A stretch of DNA of 64,000 nt from an uncultured Gemmatimonadales bacterium (GCA_963842945.1 CAWJIM010000023.1:192001-256000); one strand, 5' to 3'; positions 11,709 to 23,333 are shown, counted from the first letter of the stretch. Notes: generated by a model not told the origin, from the letters alone. Numbers and translations: made by a program.

Positions 11709-12378
11709 TTATGGGTTCCTGTTGGCCCGATCGATCAGGAGGTAAATGGACGCAACCGACCCGACGACGCTCAGGCCCGGCAGGAAGATGTCCCGAAAGA
11801 AAGACCTTCGGCGATCGACCACGATCTGATCCCCGGAGTGAACTCGCAGAGAAAGATTGGCCTTGGATGGCTCGGAGAGATTGACGTAGAACTCACGCTG
11901 CGCTTGACCGGTACCCTCACGCCGCAAGATCCGAATGTGATCGCGGTTGGCAAACTGGGTGGGTCCACCCGCCTGCGCCACGGCCTCACCGATCGTGGTT
12001 TCCGGCCTCACGGCAAACACCTGGGGACGCCCCACCTCACCAGAGATGGCAATTCGGATCAGGGGCTCGACCACAAATTGGGGATCCTGCTCGAACCGGC
12101 CAAGGAAGGCACGAACATTCGTCTGGGCGGTAGTAAAGGGAATGCCTCCGACCCGGACCGCCTGGTACAGCGGGTGGGTGATGGTGCCGTCGGCCCTACA
12201 ATGAAATCGCCGCTCATCTCCGGCTTGCGCCACACCACGATCCGGACTGAATCGCCGGGGGCCAGAACGACCTGTTCGGGCGGAAGCGGCGAGCCTGGCG
12301 CCCTGGCGCTGCGGCCCTGCTGGAGAAGACCAGGAACGCCAGCAACGGGGGCAGGGATCGGAGGAGCAGATTTCGCAT
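11709..12378 (-). CDS. wza: Polysaccharide export protein, Wza/SLBB family (frameshifted)
   Basis: LAPGDSVRIVVWRKPEMSGDF, ADGTITHP, ISGEVGRP, AQAGGPTQFA; ATG at 12378 preceded by GAGG. Confidence 0.82.
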
Positions 12379-12455
12379 AGACCTCAGTAGGAGTCGAAGA
12401 CTCACAGACCCTCAAACTGGACCGGCTCAGTTCAGATACAGCCGCCGCCGGGGGC

Positions 12456-12470
12456 GCACGATCTATGCCT
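12456..12470 (-). promoter_or_regulatory. Possible sigma54 promoter of wza-wzc
   Basis: Minus strand AGGCATA-GATC-GTGC, correct GG/GC spacing, ~78 nt upstream of wza. Confidence 0.4.
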
Positions 12471-12714
12471 TTATGCGGCATGGGTATGGCCGAGCGGCGG
12501 CCCGGAGCGTAAGGCAATGTATCAGCATTGCTTCTGACGTGCAGTGAGGCTTTGGGACGGGGAGAAATCAGCCGCGGGAACGGCGGGTGCAGTCCAGATG
12601 GTAGGGGGGTCAACAACGCTCGGCACAGCCCTGTAGCGCCTCTCCAACACCTACTACAAATCAAGGCCAAGGGCTGACCCATCCGGACCGAGGTGACACC
12701 GACCACAGCGGTAT

Positions 12715-12749
12715 AAAAAACGACCGGAGGGGTGCCCCTCCGGTCGTTT
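12715..12749 (-). terminator. Intrinsic terminator after the Ig-domain gene
   Basis: AAACGACCGGAGGGG-TG-CCCCTCCGGTCGTTT with a T6 run on the minus strand. Confidence 0.85.
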
Positions 12750-12763
12750 ACTGCTTACTCTGC

Positions 12764-14635
12764 CTACCGATTCCTACAGGATTTGGCCGGTAAAGAGGCC
12801 AGTGCGGCAGCTACATCTCTGAACGCCTGCTGATTCTCGAGATTGGCCATGAAGGCATCGTCGTACTTCCACATCATCAAGCCGCAGCCGGCCGAGCCCA
12901 GAAGGATACCCCACTCTCTGACTTGCTGAGCGGTCATCCGGCAGTTGGGATTGAAGCTGCCCCTGCCGCCGGTGGTATCCAGCGGACAGTTCCACTGGCC
13001 ATCCAGCGCGGCCTGGAAGCCGCCGTTCAGAATATTCATGCTGAAGATGATGCCCATGCCGTCCCGGCGCCCCAGGCGCGAGACCAGCGTCAATGAACTG
13101 ATTCACGTCGCCCTTGCGCCAGGAATACTGGTCCACCAGGAACTCACAGACCTGGTAGGACTTGGTCGGCTCAAAGGTTTGATGGTTGTGAACGACGCCG
13201 ACCAACATGGTCGGGAACATGTTCTTGACGTAGGCACACAGTCCGTCGACACGCGCTTTGGTCATGGTGCCCGCCGGGCCCCACGTATTTCCATCCCCCC
13301 CTCCAGTCACGTTCGGCTCATCCATGACGGAGTTGCCGATGATGGTCCCGTCAGCCACGGCTGCAGCCACTGCGGCCTTGATGGCCGGAGTATTGTAGGT
13401 CTCCATCTTGGCCTGCCACTTGGCCAGATCGAAAACGTCGTTAGTCAGGTAGTTCCAGTGCGATCCGCCGGTCATGGCCAGCACGAGCCGCTTGTGGTTC
13501 TGTCTCGCCACATCCAGCCGGGCAATGATGTTGGTGGCGTTGATCGAGCCGATACCGGCGGTGAAAAATCCGGTGTTCGGCTCCAGCGAGGTATCTCCGG
13601 CCCAGAGGTCGTACGGTCCAAACGGGGATCCCCATCGGCGTGCCGCTGCCCAGCGGGGTGGTGACCGTGATGGCCGACGTATCGGCGAGGGCACCAGCAG
13701 TGGCGATGACCCGATAGTTGCCGGCGGTCTGACCGGCAGTAAAGAGGCCGGCCGCCGTGACGGTACCACCGGTGGCCTTGAAGACCACGGAAACAGGCAC
13801 ACTGTCGCCGGTCGTGGTGGTGCCGTAAGTGGCAAACTGTTTCTTGGTGCCTGGTGCCAGCGTCACACTGATGGGCTTCAAGATGACCTTCGCCAGAACC
13901 GGCTCAGCCGGTGGTGCGGGCGCGGGCGGCGGCGGTGGCGGCGGCGGAGGAGGAGCCGGAGGCGCGCTAATCGTCACCGTTACGGTGTCGGCCAGGGTTC
14001 CAGCGGTGTTGGTTGCCGTTACCCGGTAGGTGCCGGCGGTGTCTCCGGCGACATAGGTGCCGCCGGCATCGATGAATCCTCCGGTGGCTCCCCAGTTCAC
14101 TCCAATGGGGGCGACGACGCCTCCCCTCTGATCGCCCGACCGCGGTGAAGGTCTGGCTGACTCCGGGGGTGAGGCTCACGCTGGTGGGGGAGATCTTGAC
14201 GGCAACCAGGTTGGTATTTCGGCGAACTACAGTGACGAGCGAGGTGTCGACCTGCAGTTTCCCGCGTATGCGGTTCTGGCCGACGACAGTATAGGTGCCG
14301 ATGGCAGCGGCGGAGAATCGTCCGTCGGGCAGAATAGTTCCGCCCGACGTGCTCCACATGACCGCTGCACCGACGCTGTCGCCGGAGCTGGTGCGTCCGT
14401 GCGCTCGGAATTGAATCAGCTGGTTTGTTTCTAGCGTGACGATACGGGGTGAAACCTGTACCGCCACTGGAGTAAGATCTTCTGTTTTTGTTGCCGTACC
14501 GGACGTTGGTTGTTCAGTGGGAGCTTCTGGAGCGGTTGCGTCGCCACCGCAGGCACCCAGCACCAGGAGAAGGGGCAGCATAGCCAAAGTTCGTGAGACT
14601 GCCAGTCTCCGCGCAAGCTTAAAGGTGTACGTCAT
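12764..14635 (-). CDS. Lipoprotein with three Ig-like (Big_2-like) domains, Pro linker and C-terminal TIM-barrel-like domain (frameshifted)
   Basis: Lipobox LGAC; repeats of VxPxxVxL-QF-W/F-GG-G-Y; poly-Pro at ~13905-13965; C-terminal MDEPN motif; four ORF pieces joined by frameshifts. Confidence 0.75.
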
Positions 14636-15012
14636 TTGGGCTACCCTTTCATCGCTCTCCTTACAGTGAAGTCCCAACCGTTCCCATCAATCCCCCACCA
14701 CCCTTGGGCTAAGCGTACTTTAACCACCCCTCCGCCACTTTCAATGGCCAAATATTCGACAGCGCGCAATTGCCAGGAATTTTACCTTTAGCATGAACTG
14801 AAAGCGTTTGTGAGCTTTACATGTCAGACTAGGACGTCAATTGTAACAAAAAATTTTGTCAACTACTTAGACGCTAATGATTCAGCTTGCACTGAACTCA
14901 ACCGGTCCGGGCAGTTCACACCCGCCCCCGCCACGAGGTATACTTCCGCTCCTCCAGCCTTCCAGCGGCTGGACCTCCACCGAACTCTGGCCACGCCGGG
15001 GAGCATCGCCGC

Positions 15013-16185
15013 ATGAACATCGCCCTCATGGTGACCCGGGCAGACCCGGTTGGGGGGGCCCAAATCCATGTGCGGGATCTGGCAGCGGCGGCCCGAGCGC
15101 ATGGGCACAGCCCCACCGTGATCACCAGCGGCAGCGGCCCTTTCCTTCAGGACCTGCGAGCGCAGCAGATTCCAGTAGTGGTTCTCCAGTGCTTGGGAGC
15201 CCCGATCTCCCCACTGCGAGACTTCAGGGCGCTGCAGGAGATCCAGGCCACACTCCAGAGCCTCCGCCCCGATTTGCTCGCGACCCACTCCTCTAAGGCT
15301 GGAATCCTGGGGCGAATCGTGGCTCGTCGACTCCGGATGCCGGTCGTCTTCACCGCCCACGGCTGGTCGTTTACCCCTGGAATCGCACCCCCCCGGGCAG
15401 CGCTCTATCGTCTCATCGAGCGGCTGGCGGCCCCTTTGTCCAGCAAGATCATCACGGTTTCCGAGTTCGACCGCCGCCTGGCACTCGATGCCGGAATCAC
15501 GACCGCGGACCGGCTGGCCACCGTGCACAACGGGATACCGGACGTGGCGGCCCAGCGCAGAGCCAGCCCTGGCCGGGATCCGGCTCGACTGGTCATGGTC
15601 GCCCGGTTCGAGCCGCAGAAGGATCACGCTACCCTGCTCCATGCCCTCGGTGGACTGGTGGGGCGACCCTGGGAGCTCGATCTCATCGGGGACGGACCGC
15701 TTCGAGGGCAAATGGAGCAGCTGGCGAGAACACTCGGACTGGGTACTCGAGTCAGGTTTCTGGGACAGCGACCGGATGTGGATGCCCGCTTGGCCGAGGC
15801 CCAAATAAGTGTGCTCACCACCAACTGGGAGGGGTTCCCCTTGACCGTGCTGGAGGCGATGCGGGCCGGCCTCCCGGTTGTTGCCTCTGCTGTTGGGGGT
15901 GTTGCCGAAGCACTTCAGGACGGCGATTCAGGATATCTCGTGCCGCGGGGGGACGTGACGGTGCTGCGCGACCGACTCGGCAGACTGCTGAGCTCTCCCG
16001 GGCTTCGGGAGGAGATGGGAAGTAAGGGTCGTATCCGCTGGGAACAGCACTTTACGATCGAGCAGATGGTGGAGAAGACTTTTGCCATCTACCAGGATGT
16101 TGTGCGAGCAGAGCCGCACGGTCGATCGATCCTCGCCGGGGATTACCGCCGGCGTGACGGCGTGAGCCCGGCTACGCAGTCATGA
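15013..16185 (+). CDS. Glycosyltransferase family 4
   Basis: GGAQIHV, THSSKAG, FTAHGW, VHNGI, MVARFEPQKDH, WEGFPLTVLEAMRAGLPVVAS. Confidence 0.93.
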   Translation: MNIALMVTRADPVGGAQIHVRDLAAAARAHGHSPTVITSGSGPFLQDLRAQQIPVVVLQCLGAPISPLRDFRALQEIQATLQSLRPDLLATHSSKAGILGRIVARRLRMPVVFTAHGWSFTPGIAPPRAALYRLIERLAAPLSSKIITVSEFDRRLALDAGITTADRLATVHNGIPDVAAQRRASPGRDPARLVMVARFEPQKDHATLLHALGGLVGRPWELDLIGDGPLRGQMEQLARTLGLGTRVRFLGQRPDVDARLAEAQISVLTTNWEGFPLTVLEAMRAGLPVVASAVGGVAEALQDGDSGYLVPRGDVTVLRDRLGRLLSSPGLREEMGSKGRIRWEQHFTIEQMVEKTFAIYQDVVRAEPHGRSILAGDYRRRDGVSPATQS

Positions 16186-16596
16186 TCCCCCAAGGCCGGA
16201 ACGGGAGCCAGGCCCCGAGCGCCAATGCCACGGTAATGGTCGTGGAGGATGAGGCTGCGCTCCGGCGCGGGCATTCGCCGCATGCTCCAGGAGGAGGGAT
16301 ACAACGTGGTCGAGGCCGAGAATGGAGCAGCGGCGCTTCAGCTTCTGGAGGGACCAGCTTCGGAGACGATCGACCTGGTGCTGACCGACCTCCGAATGCC
16401 GGTGATGGACGGTCGTCAGCTGGCCTCGGCGTTGGCCCGCCGGCGCCCCAGCCTGCCGGTCGTGTTCATGTCCGGGTTTACCGCGCAGCTGATGGACCTG
16501 CGGCTGGTGTCCCCTAACCTCGCCTTTCTTGCCAAGCCGATCCGGAATTCTGATTTGCTGGCGGCAGTGAAGAACCAGCTGTCCCGTCCCCGCTGA
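16182..16596 (+). CDS. Single-domain response regulator receiver (frameshifted)
   Basis: VMVVEDE, DLVLTDLRMPVMDG, VFMSG, FLAKP; frameshift near 16270; ATGA overlap with GT4. Confidence 0.85.
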
Positions 16597-16604
16597 CTGA
16601 CCGA

Positions 16605-17566
16605 TCAGATCTCCCAGTTTGACATAACCACGCCCTCGGCCGGAATCCGCTGGGGGTAGCCGTGCAGAAGCATCCGGAGATCGGTCCAGTGGACCCGGTA
16701 GCCGAGTTCGATCAGGCGCAGGTAGGTCCGGGTGAATTCAGTTTGGCAGCGGATGGCTATGCGGGTGACCCGCTCGGCTGGCCGCAGAGAGCTGAAGGCC
16801 CTGAAGCAGTCGCTCGAAGGCAGCGGGGTGCGCCGCGACCATCTTCAACACCCGCAGCTCGTCCTTGGGGCGCCCCGCCGCGAGCGGAGTCGAGTGCCAC
16901 AGCGCATATCCGCTCAGCACTCCTCCGTCGCGGACCAAGGTGGTGTCACCGATGCCGAGATCGTGGGTGAGCGCCAGCTCCCGGGTGAAGTCCACGCCGG
17001 GCAAGACCCGGTCAGCCAGCCGGCGGCATTCCTCCAGGCGCTGGTTCCACGCTGATCCGGCGGCGGACAGCAGTTCCGCCGACTCCACTGGGCGGCGAGG
17101 TACGTCATGGACCAGCGTGACGGTCATATGACTGGGCACCAGGCCGATCCGGCTGTAGAACCCGATGTTATCCACCGTCCGGGGCATGGTTTCCAGACCG
17201 ATGGTGGTGGCGCCCTGGGACCGCAACCAGTCGATGCCGGTACGGACCATGACCGAGCCCAGACCTTCCCCCTGGCGATCGGGCCTCACCGCCAGCGGGC
17301 CCATCCAGCCCTCGGTGCCGGAGCGGTGCACCATGTTGAACGCTACCATGTGGCCGTCGGCATCTCGCCACACCATGGACCCGTCACCGGCGTCCTCCAG
17401 GGCGTAGCGCCAGACCAGGTTATTCAGCTGAGGGACCCGCACCCCCACCAGACCGTCCCGGCTGTAGCGATCGGTGAAAGCGTCGGCAAATACCCGGTTC
17501 AGCGAATCGATGTCGCGCAGAGTGGGCCGGTCCGGGCCCTCGAACGCTTCGATCAGGCCGCCACAT
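16605..17566 (-). CDS. GNAT-family N-acetyltransferase (frameshifted)
   Basis: GWMGPLAVRPDRQGEGLG acetyl-CoA loop, NIGFYSRIG; start overlaps the end of sbcC; stop after NWEI. Confidence 0.8.
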
Positions 17567-19974
17567 TGCGATCTTCCTGCGGTTCATCGCGCACCGTGGC
17601 GACTCCGCTTGCCACATCCACGCCCACTCGGACAACCCGGTCGAACCCCTCGCGTACGGAATCGATATGGGTGATCAGGATGACCTGAGGGAAGCGATCC
17701 GCCAGGCTCCGCAGAAGGTCCACAACAGCCGTTCGGCGGTCCTCATCCAGTGATCCGAAGATCTCATCGAGGATGAGGAGCGAGAGCGGTTGCCCGGCCC
17801 GTTCCGCTATCATCTGACTGATGGCGAGGCGAAGCGCGAGATTGGCGACATCCTCCTCGCCCCCTGATATCACTGCCTTCGGATCGCCATCGTCGAGCAG
17901 CGTGGCCACATAGTCCTCATCCAACTCCAGATCGGTATAGCGTCCCCCCGTCAGATCGCGAATGAAGCTCGATGCCAAGTAGGAGAGGTCGGGTCGGAGG
18001 GTGGCGTTCAGCTCGGTGCGGAGATCGGTGAGGGCGCGGTCCAGCTCCTGGTGTAGAGCCAGCTCTGATGCGGCCTGGGCCGCCGCACGCTCCCGCTCGG
18101 CGCGCTCGGCCCGCCGGCGAGCCACCTGGGTTACCGCTTCCATGGCGGCCGCCGTCTCACCCCGGGCCCGCACCAGCGCGAGCTCGGCCCGCCTCCGTTC
18201 CGCCTCCGCCGCCAGCTCGGCCGCGCGAAACTCACGGAAGGCAGGTTCGCTGTAGCCCAGCTCAGCCAGCTTGGCTCGGAGCTCGGCGATCAGGGCGGTC
18301 GAGGCCGTCCCCGCCTGGTTAGCGCTCTCCAGCTCAGCAATCACCTCGTCACTGCGGTCGGCCACGGCCCGAAGGCGTTCTGCCTGAAGAGCCAGCGGCT
18401 CCAAAGCACGGGTCTGTTGGAGAACGATCTCGTGCCGTTGCGTGATCGTAGGAACCCAGGAACTGGTCGAGCACGGCTTGAAGCTCTCCTACCCGGACCA
18501 GCAGCCGGTTCTGCTCCTCCTTCAGCGGCCCGGCCTCCTGCGCCTGGGCCCGGAGCCGGGCCAGCTCACTGGTTGCTCCAGTCAGCTCCTGTTCCAGATC
18601 CAGCCGGCGGCGCTCGACCTCGGTCAGGGTCACCGGCTCCTGTTGTAGCTGCTCGATCCGTTGCTTGTAGTAGTTGCCGTTCGAGCGCACCTCTTCCATC
18701 TGTCGATCCAGCAGCTCCAGGACCTTGGCGTACTCGGCTCCCAGCGGACGGGTACAGGTGGGGCAGACCCCATCGGCACCGGCCTTCACGATCCGCTGCC
18801 GCTGATCCTTCAGCTCCTGATACTGGTCGAGCAACCCCTGCCGCTTGGTTTGCGCGTCCTGGGCGTCGCGCACCCAGGCGGTTCGCTGTTCCTCCGCTTC
18901 GAGGGTGGCGGCAGTCAGTGCCGCGCGGGCGGCGTTGACCCTGTCCAGGGCCTGGTCCACGGCCCGGGCGAGCGGCAGGCGGGTGACTCGTTCCTCGATC
19001 GACGTCAGATGGCTCTGCACTTCCTGCAACTGGGCCCCATAGCGCCGGCGGGCAGCATCGTGCTCGGCCTGACGCTCAAGCTGCTGGGCCTCTTCCCGCA
19101 ATGTCGGCAAGGGGCTCAGCTGACGGGAAAGCTCCGCCAACTGTTCGCGGGCGGCAGCGAGCTCCAAAGCCTCTTGTTCCAGGCGCGCGATTCGTTGGGC
19201 GGCGGTGGTGGCCTGATGGTCCGCCACCCGTAACTCGGCCTCGAGCGCCAGGGCTGTCTCCCGCTGCTGCTGCAGCTGTTCCCAGCGGGGTCTGATCTCC
19301 CCCAGCCGGCGCTCCGCCAGATCGCTCGCCTTCCCCACCTCCACCTCCGCATCCTGGGCCCGGGTCAGCCGCTCCTCGGCTTGTGTCTGGGCTTGATCCA
19401 ACTCCGCCAGATCAGGGAGTCCTGCCCGGAGGGCATCGACCCGGGCCCGTAGCGCGGATCGCTTTTCCTTCAATCGATCCTGCGCGGCGCGGAGCCGCTC
19501 GTAGCCCAGAACCCTGGAGAGGAACTGCGCCCGCTCGGGCGCGCTCATCGCCGCCATGACCGCGAGCTCTTTCTGGCCGGTGAAATAGGTATTGAAGAAT
19601 TCGTCTCGGGTCATACCCAGCAGGCGGGTGACCCGCTCAGTCACTGAACCCATGCTGTACGCCACGGGAGCAGCGTCGCCGTCCTGATAGAGCTCAGCCT
19701 GGTTCAGCGAGCGGACAATGCGGTAGTCATGGGCGCCCAGGGTGAACTCGACTTCGACTTCCACCCGGGCTCGGGGCGGAGCGCCGCGCCGCCGGAGCGT
19801 CTCCCGATTGCCCCGGGCGGCAGGCATGCCGTACATCGCCCAGGCAATCGCCTCGAGCAGCGTGGTCTTCCCGGCGCCGTTGGGCCCCACGATTCCGGTG
19901 AGGCCGGGGCCGAACTCGATCTCGGTGTTCTCGTGCTGCCGGAAATTGACCAGTCGAATCCGGTTGATTTGCAT
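17553..19974 (-). CDS. sbcC: Rad50/SbcC SMC-like ATPase (frameshifted)
   Basis: LVNFRQH, Walker A GPNGAGKTT, coiled coils, Zn hook CPTC, signature ISGGEE, LILDEIFGSLD, ILITH. Confidence 0.92.
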
Positions 19975-21154
19975 CAGCCGCCTGCCAGATCCCGTTCGAC
20001 CAGTATCCATCAACTCCTGTCCCAGCCGAACGAATTCACCCCGATCGAGCTCGGCCGGCAACGGCCTTCCAGCCAGATACGAGGAGACCAGCTCCGGCAG
20101 CGTCTGGCGCGGCCCGGGCGCTCCGACGCCGACGGTACGCTGGAGCTCGGGCCGCCGAAGATCGAGGTGAAAATGCAGCGCGTCGGCCTTGTAGCCCCGA
20201 ATCGCTGCATGGTTCAGCTCCCGTGCCACATGCCGCGGGATGTCGTAGACTCTCAGGCGGACGATCTTGTCCGAGATTCCTCCGGGGAGCGTCGCCAGCC
20301 GAAACGCGATCTCCGCGTCGATGGCAGCCGCGGATTTGTTTTCGGCCCGCACCGGCTCGAGATCCAGGACTTCTCGCGCGGCAGGCACTCGGCGCCGCTC
20401 CACCTTGCCGCTGTCCAGGTCTACCAGCAGCCATCCCTTCCCGTGATCTCCGTGCTCCGACTCGTCGGCCCGCTCCCCCCAGATGTTGGGACCGATGTAA
20501 TCCAACGCTCCGGCATACCAGGCGTTTCTGGCGACCTGATGTTGAGTGTGGTAATGGCCCAGCGCGACGTAGGTCCAGTCCTCGAGATTCAGCTCCCGTC
20601 GGTTGACAACCGCTCCGCCAAAATCTCCCGCGCCCCGGTGGATCGAGTATTCACCCTCCACCTCCAGATGTACCACCAGGAGCTGGTGCCGCTCGGGCCC
20701 CTCCGGCCGAAGAACCGGCCGCTCCGGCGCGAGCAGCGCCTGACGGGGGACGGCGAAGATGCTGAGATCCAGATCGGGGTATACCAGCCGGCGGGACTCG
20801 GTCGGTGGCCACCTCGACTCCGACCTCCTCGAACAGACGCAGAATCGATCCGGTCTCGACCGAGCGCGGGGTGTCGTGGTTTCCGGCGATCAGAACTATC
20901 GGGGCTTTCGGGAGTGCGTCCCGCAGACGCTGAAGCTGCCGGAACGCGAAGACGATCGCGGCATTGGTCGGTCGAACCGAATGAAAGAGATCCCCCGCGA
21001 TCACCACGATGTCCGGCACCGCCCGGATGACGCCGTCAATCGCGGCGCGAAAGGCCTGCGCCACGTCGGCTTCTCGCTGATTGATGCCGCCCGCAGTCTG
21101 CCGGTGGTACTGCCGGATACCGAGGTGAGGATCGGCGATGTGTGCGAGTTTCAC
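19974..21154 (-). CDS. sbcD: Mre11/SbcD nuclease (frameshifted)
   Basis: AHIADPHLG, AGDLFH, AGNHD, ALGHYH, YAGAL; TGATG coupling to sbcC. Confidence 0.92.
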
Positions 21155-21200
21155 GGGTGGAGAATGAAGAGCGCAGCGGGAAAGGGCAAGAACTCAGGCG

Positions 21201-23143
21201 TTACCCATAGGGCTCATCGGCGTGCTTCAGTGCGGGTATTCCGCGGCGTGGCGTCACTACCTCGCCGCCACCCGCCGGCCCAGGCACGCGGCAAAGAACG
21301 CGGCCACATCCAGTCGGGCGTTCGCTGCGGGTGACCGCGAGAGCCCGGCGCACGTCTTCGCTTCGACGCCCTTCGATCATCACTCGGATGGTGTCGGCGG
21401 AAACTCTCCGATCCAGCTGCCGCATCTGCTTCACCACCGCCTCTTCGAAGGGAAGCTCGACAGCAGGGGGAAGCGCTCGATGCCTTCTCGGCCGTTGAGC
21501 ACTGCCGGGCGAGGGAACTTGACGAAGATCGGCTGGGTGAAGTGGGGGTGCCGCAGCATCAGCTCACCCTTGGGCAGGGTGGCCATCTTGATCTTGGTGG
21601 CAGGCGAGATGGTGGCGTACCCGGGCATGGCGAGCTCATCCACGTCCATGCGGCCGTAAATCACGGTGCCGGCATTGCCGACCACCCGGCGCTGGACCTG
21701 GGAGCGAAACTGCTGAGCCGAAAAGAGCACCAGTCCGAGATACCGGCCCCGCTCCGAGAGATCCAGCAGCATTTTGCGCACGTAGGTCTCGGGGCCGTCC
21801 GCCGGCGCATACTTGTTGAGCTCATCCACGAAGACCACGACGTGATCGACCCCGAGATCCCGGCGCTCGAGATGCTCTCTGCAGCTTGGAGACCACGCGG
21901 GCAAAGACCAGGTCCTGCGCCAGCGGGTCGAGTCCGGCGACGTCGATGACCTGGATACTCGCGGTCCTCGAAGTGCGCCCCAGGGCAGATCGTTCGACAC
22001 CCCGTCGTCGGTGACCAGACCCTTGGACCGGGTGCTGATGTTGCTCAGCCGGTTGCGGACCTTCCGGATGGTGGCGATGTGGTGGGTCCGCCAGACCTCG
22101 CCACCCTTCCCCAGCGCTTCCATATAGTCGAAGATCCGGCGAAAAAACTCCTCCAGATCGGTGAAGCTCTGAACGGTGAACGGCTTCGGCCGCAGAGTCT
22201 CGTCGAGATATTCGCGACCCACTACTCGCTCAGCCAGGAAGTCGATGAACGCGTCGGCCTTGGCGTCGATGTCATCTCTATTGAGCACCACCTCCGCGTA
22301 GTCCAGCACCTCCCGCAGACCCCAGATCAGCGGTTCGGTGTTCGAGGCCAGCTCTTCGTTGGTGCGGAGCGTGTTGAGATTCACTCCATCGGGCTTGAGC
22401 GGCGCGTAATAGCGGACGGTACTGAAGGGCCGGGGAGCCAGCCCGAGCCGAGCGTACTGCCGCTGGTCACTGGCGCTCAGGCTGGCCGGCTGATCCAGAA
22501 AGCAGAGGTCCGGACCTTTGACATTGAAGCAGAGCGCGGCGACGGTGCCCTTGTGAGCCGGGAAGGTCTGAAAGATGCTGCCCAGCAGAAACTCGACCGC
22601 ACTGGTCTTGGTGGCGAGTCCGGAGACACCGGTGATGTTGAGATGCGCTGCCTCCGGACCGAGCAGGAAATCGGCATCCAGGTATACCGGCGCCTCGAGC
22701 CCACCCGCGGCATAGAGCCCTACCGGGATTCCGGTGGCGCGCTCGTGGGCGGTATAGCCGTCCATCCGGAGTGCCAGGGCCACGTCGCTATCGGAGGCCA
22801 GCCAGACGGGCCCGAGCGGAACCGGCTGGAGCGGTTCCTCCGGTAGCTGGCGAAGAACGGCAGCGGCGTACAGCCGAATCTCCGCCCGCCCCTTCTGCTC
22901 GGAGCCAGCCCCGGCCGGATCGCCCTCAGCGCCGATGACGGCCTGGAGGGGAGAGACCAGGTCAGAGTAGGCAAATCCGTCGGTGACCACCCCGAACACC
23001 GTGCGACCGTTCTCTTCTACCCGAACGATGGCGCCAATACCGATAGGAGACTCTCGGGCAGTCCAGAAATGGAACTGGTGCGGCGTAGAGGGCTTGAGCT
23101 CGGTGGCTACGACCCGGCCGACCGGCTGGAGCGGTGGGGGCAT
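21201..23143 (-). CDS. herA: HerA-family ATPase/translocase (frameshifted)
   Basis: N-terminal HAS-barrel-like region, variant Walker A ITGVSGLATKTS, FNVKG, Walker B VFVDELNKYAP, ERGRYLG, SAQQ. Confidence 0.85.
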
Positions 23144-23333
23144 TGCTGGATTGTACCAGCAGACCGGGTGTCAGCGCTATGTCGATCTCAGCCTTAACCA
23201 GGGTTGGGCAGCACCGGACAAGGTCCTGGCTCTCGCCGGGACGTGGCGGATCGACCTGATATGTTCCATACTTCATTCTGGGGATGGCCAGTGACGCTGA
23301 ATGACAGGAGGCCCTATCGCTGGTGCCCGAAAT

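Noticed and set aside
13905..13965. GGC/GGT low-complexity run
   Set aside because: It encodes the poly-Pro linker of the Ig-domain protein.
18349..20676. Apparent 775-aa Mre11-Rad50 fusion in the ORF track
   Set aside because: An alternative frame ends Mre11 as ERDLAGG-stop in a TGATG overlap with the Rad50 ATG at 19974, so the fusion is an indel artefact.
21201..23143. HerA as an anti-phage system (Sir2-HerA, HerA-DUF4297)
   Set aside because: No effector gene is adjacent; neighbours are DNA repair genes and the sequence looks like the HAS-barrel repair type.
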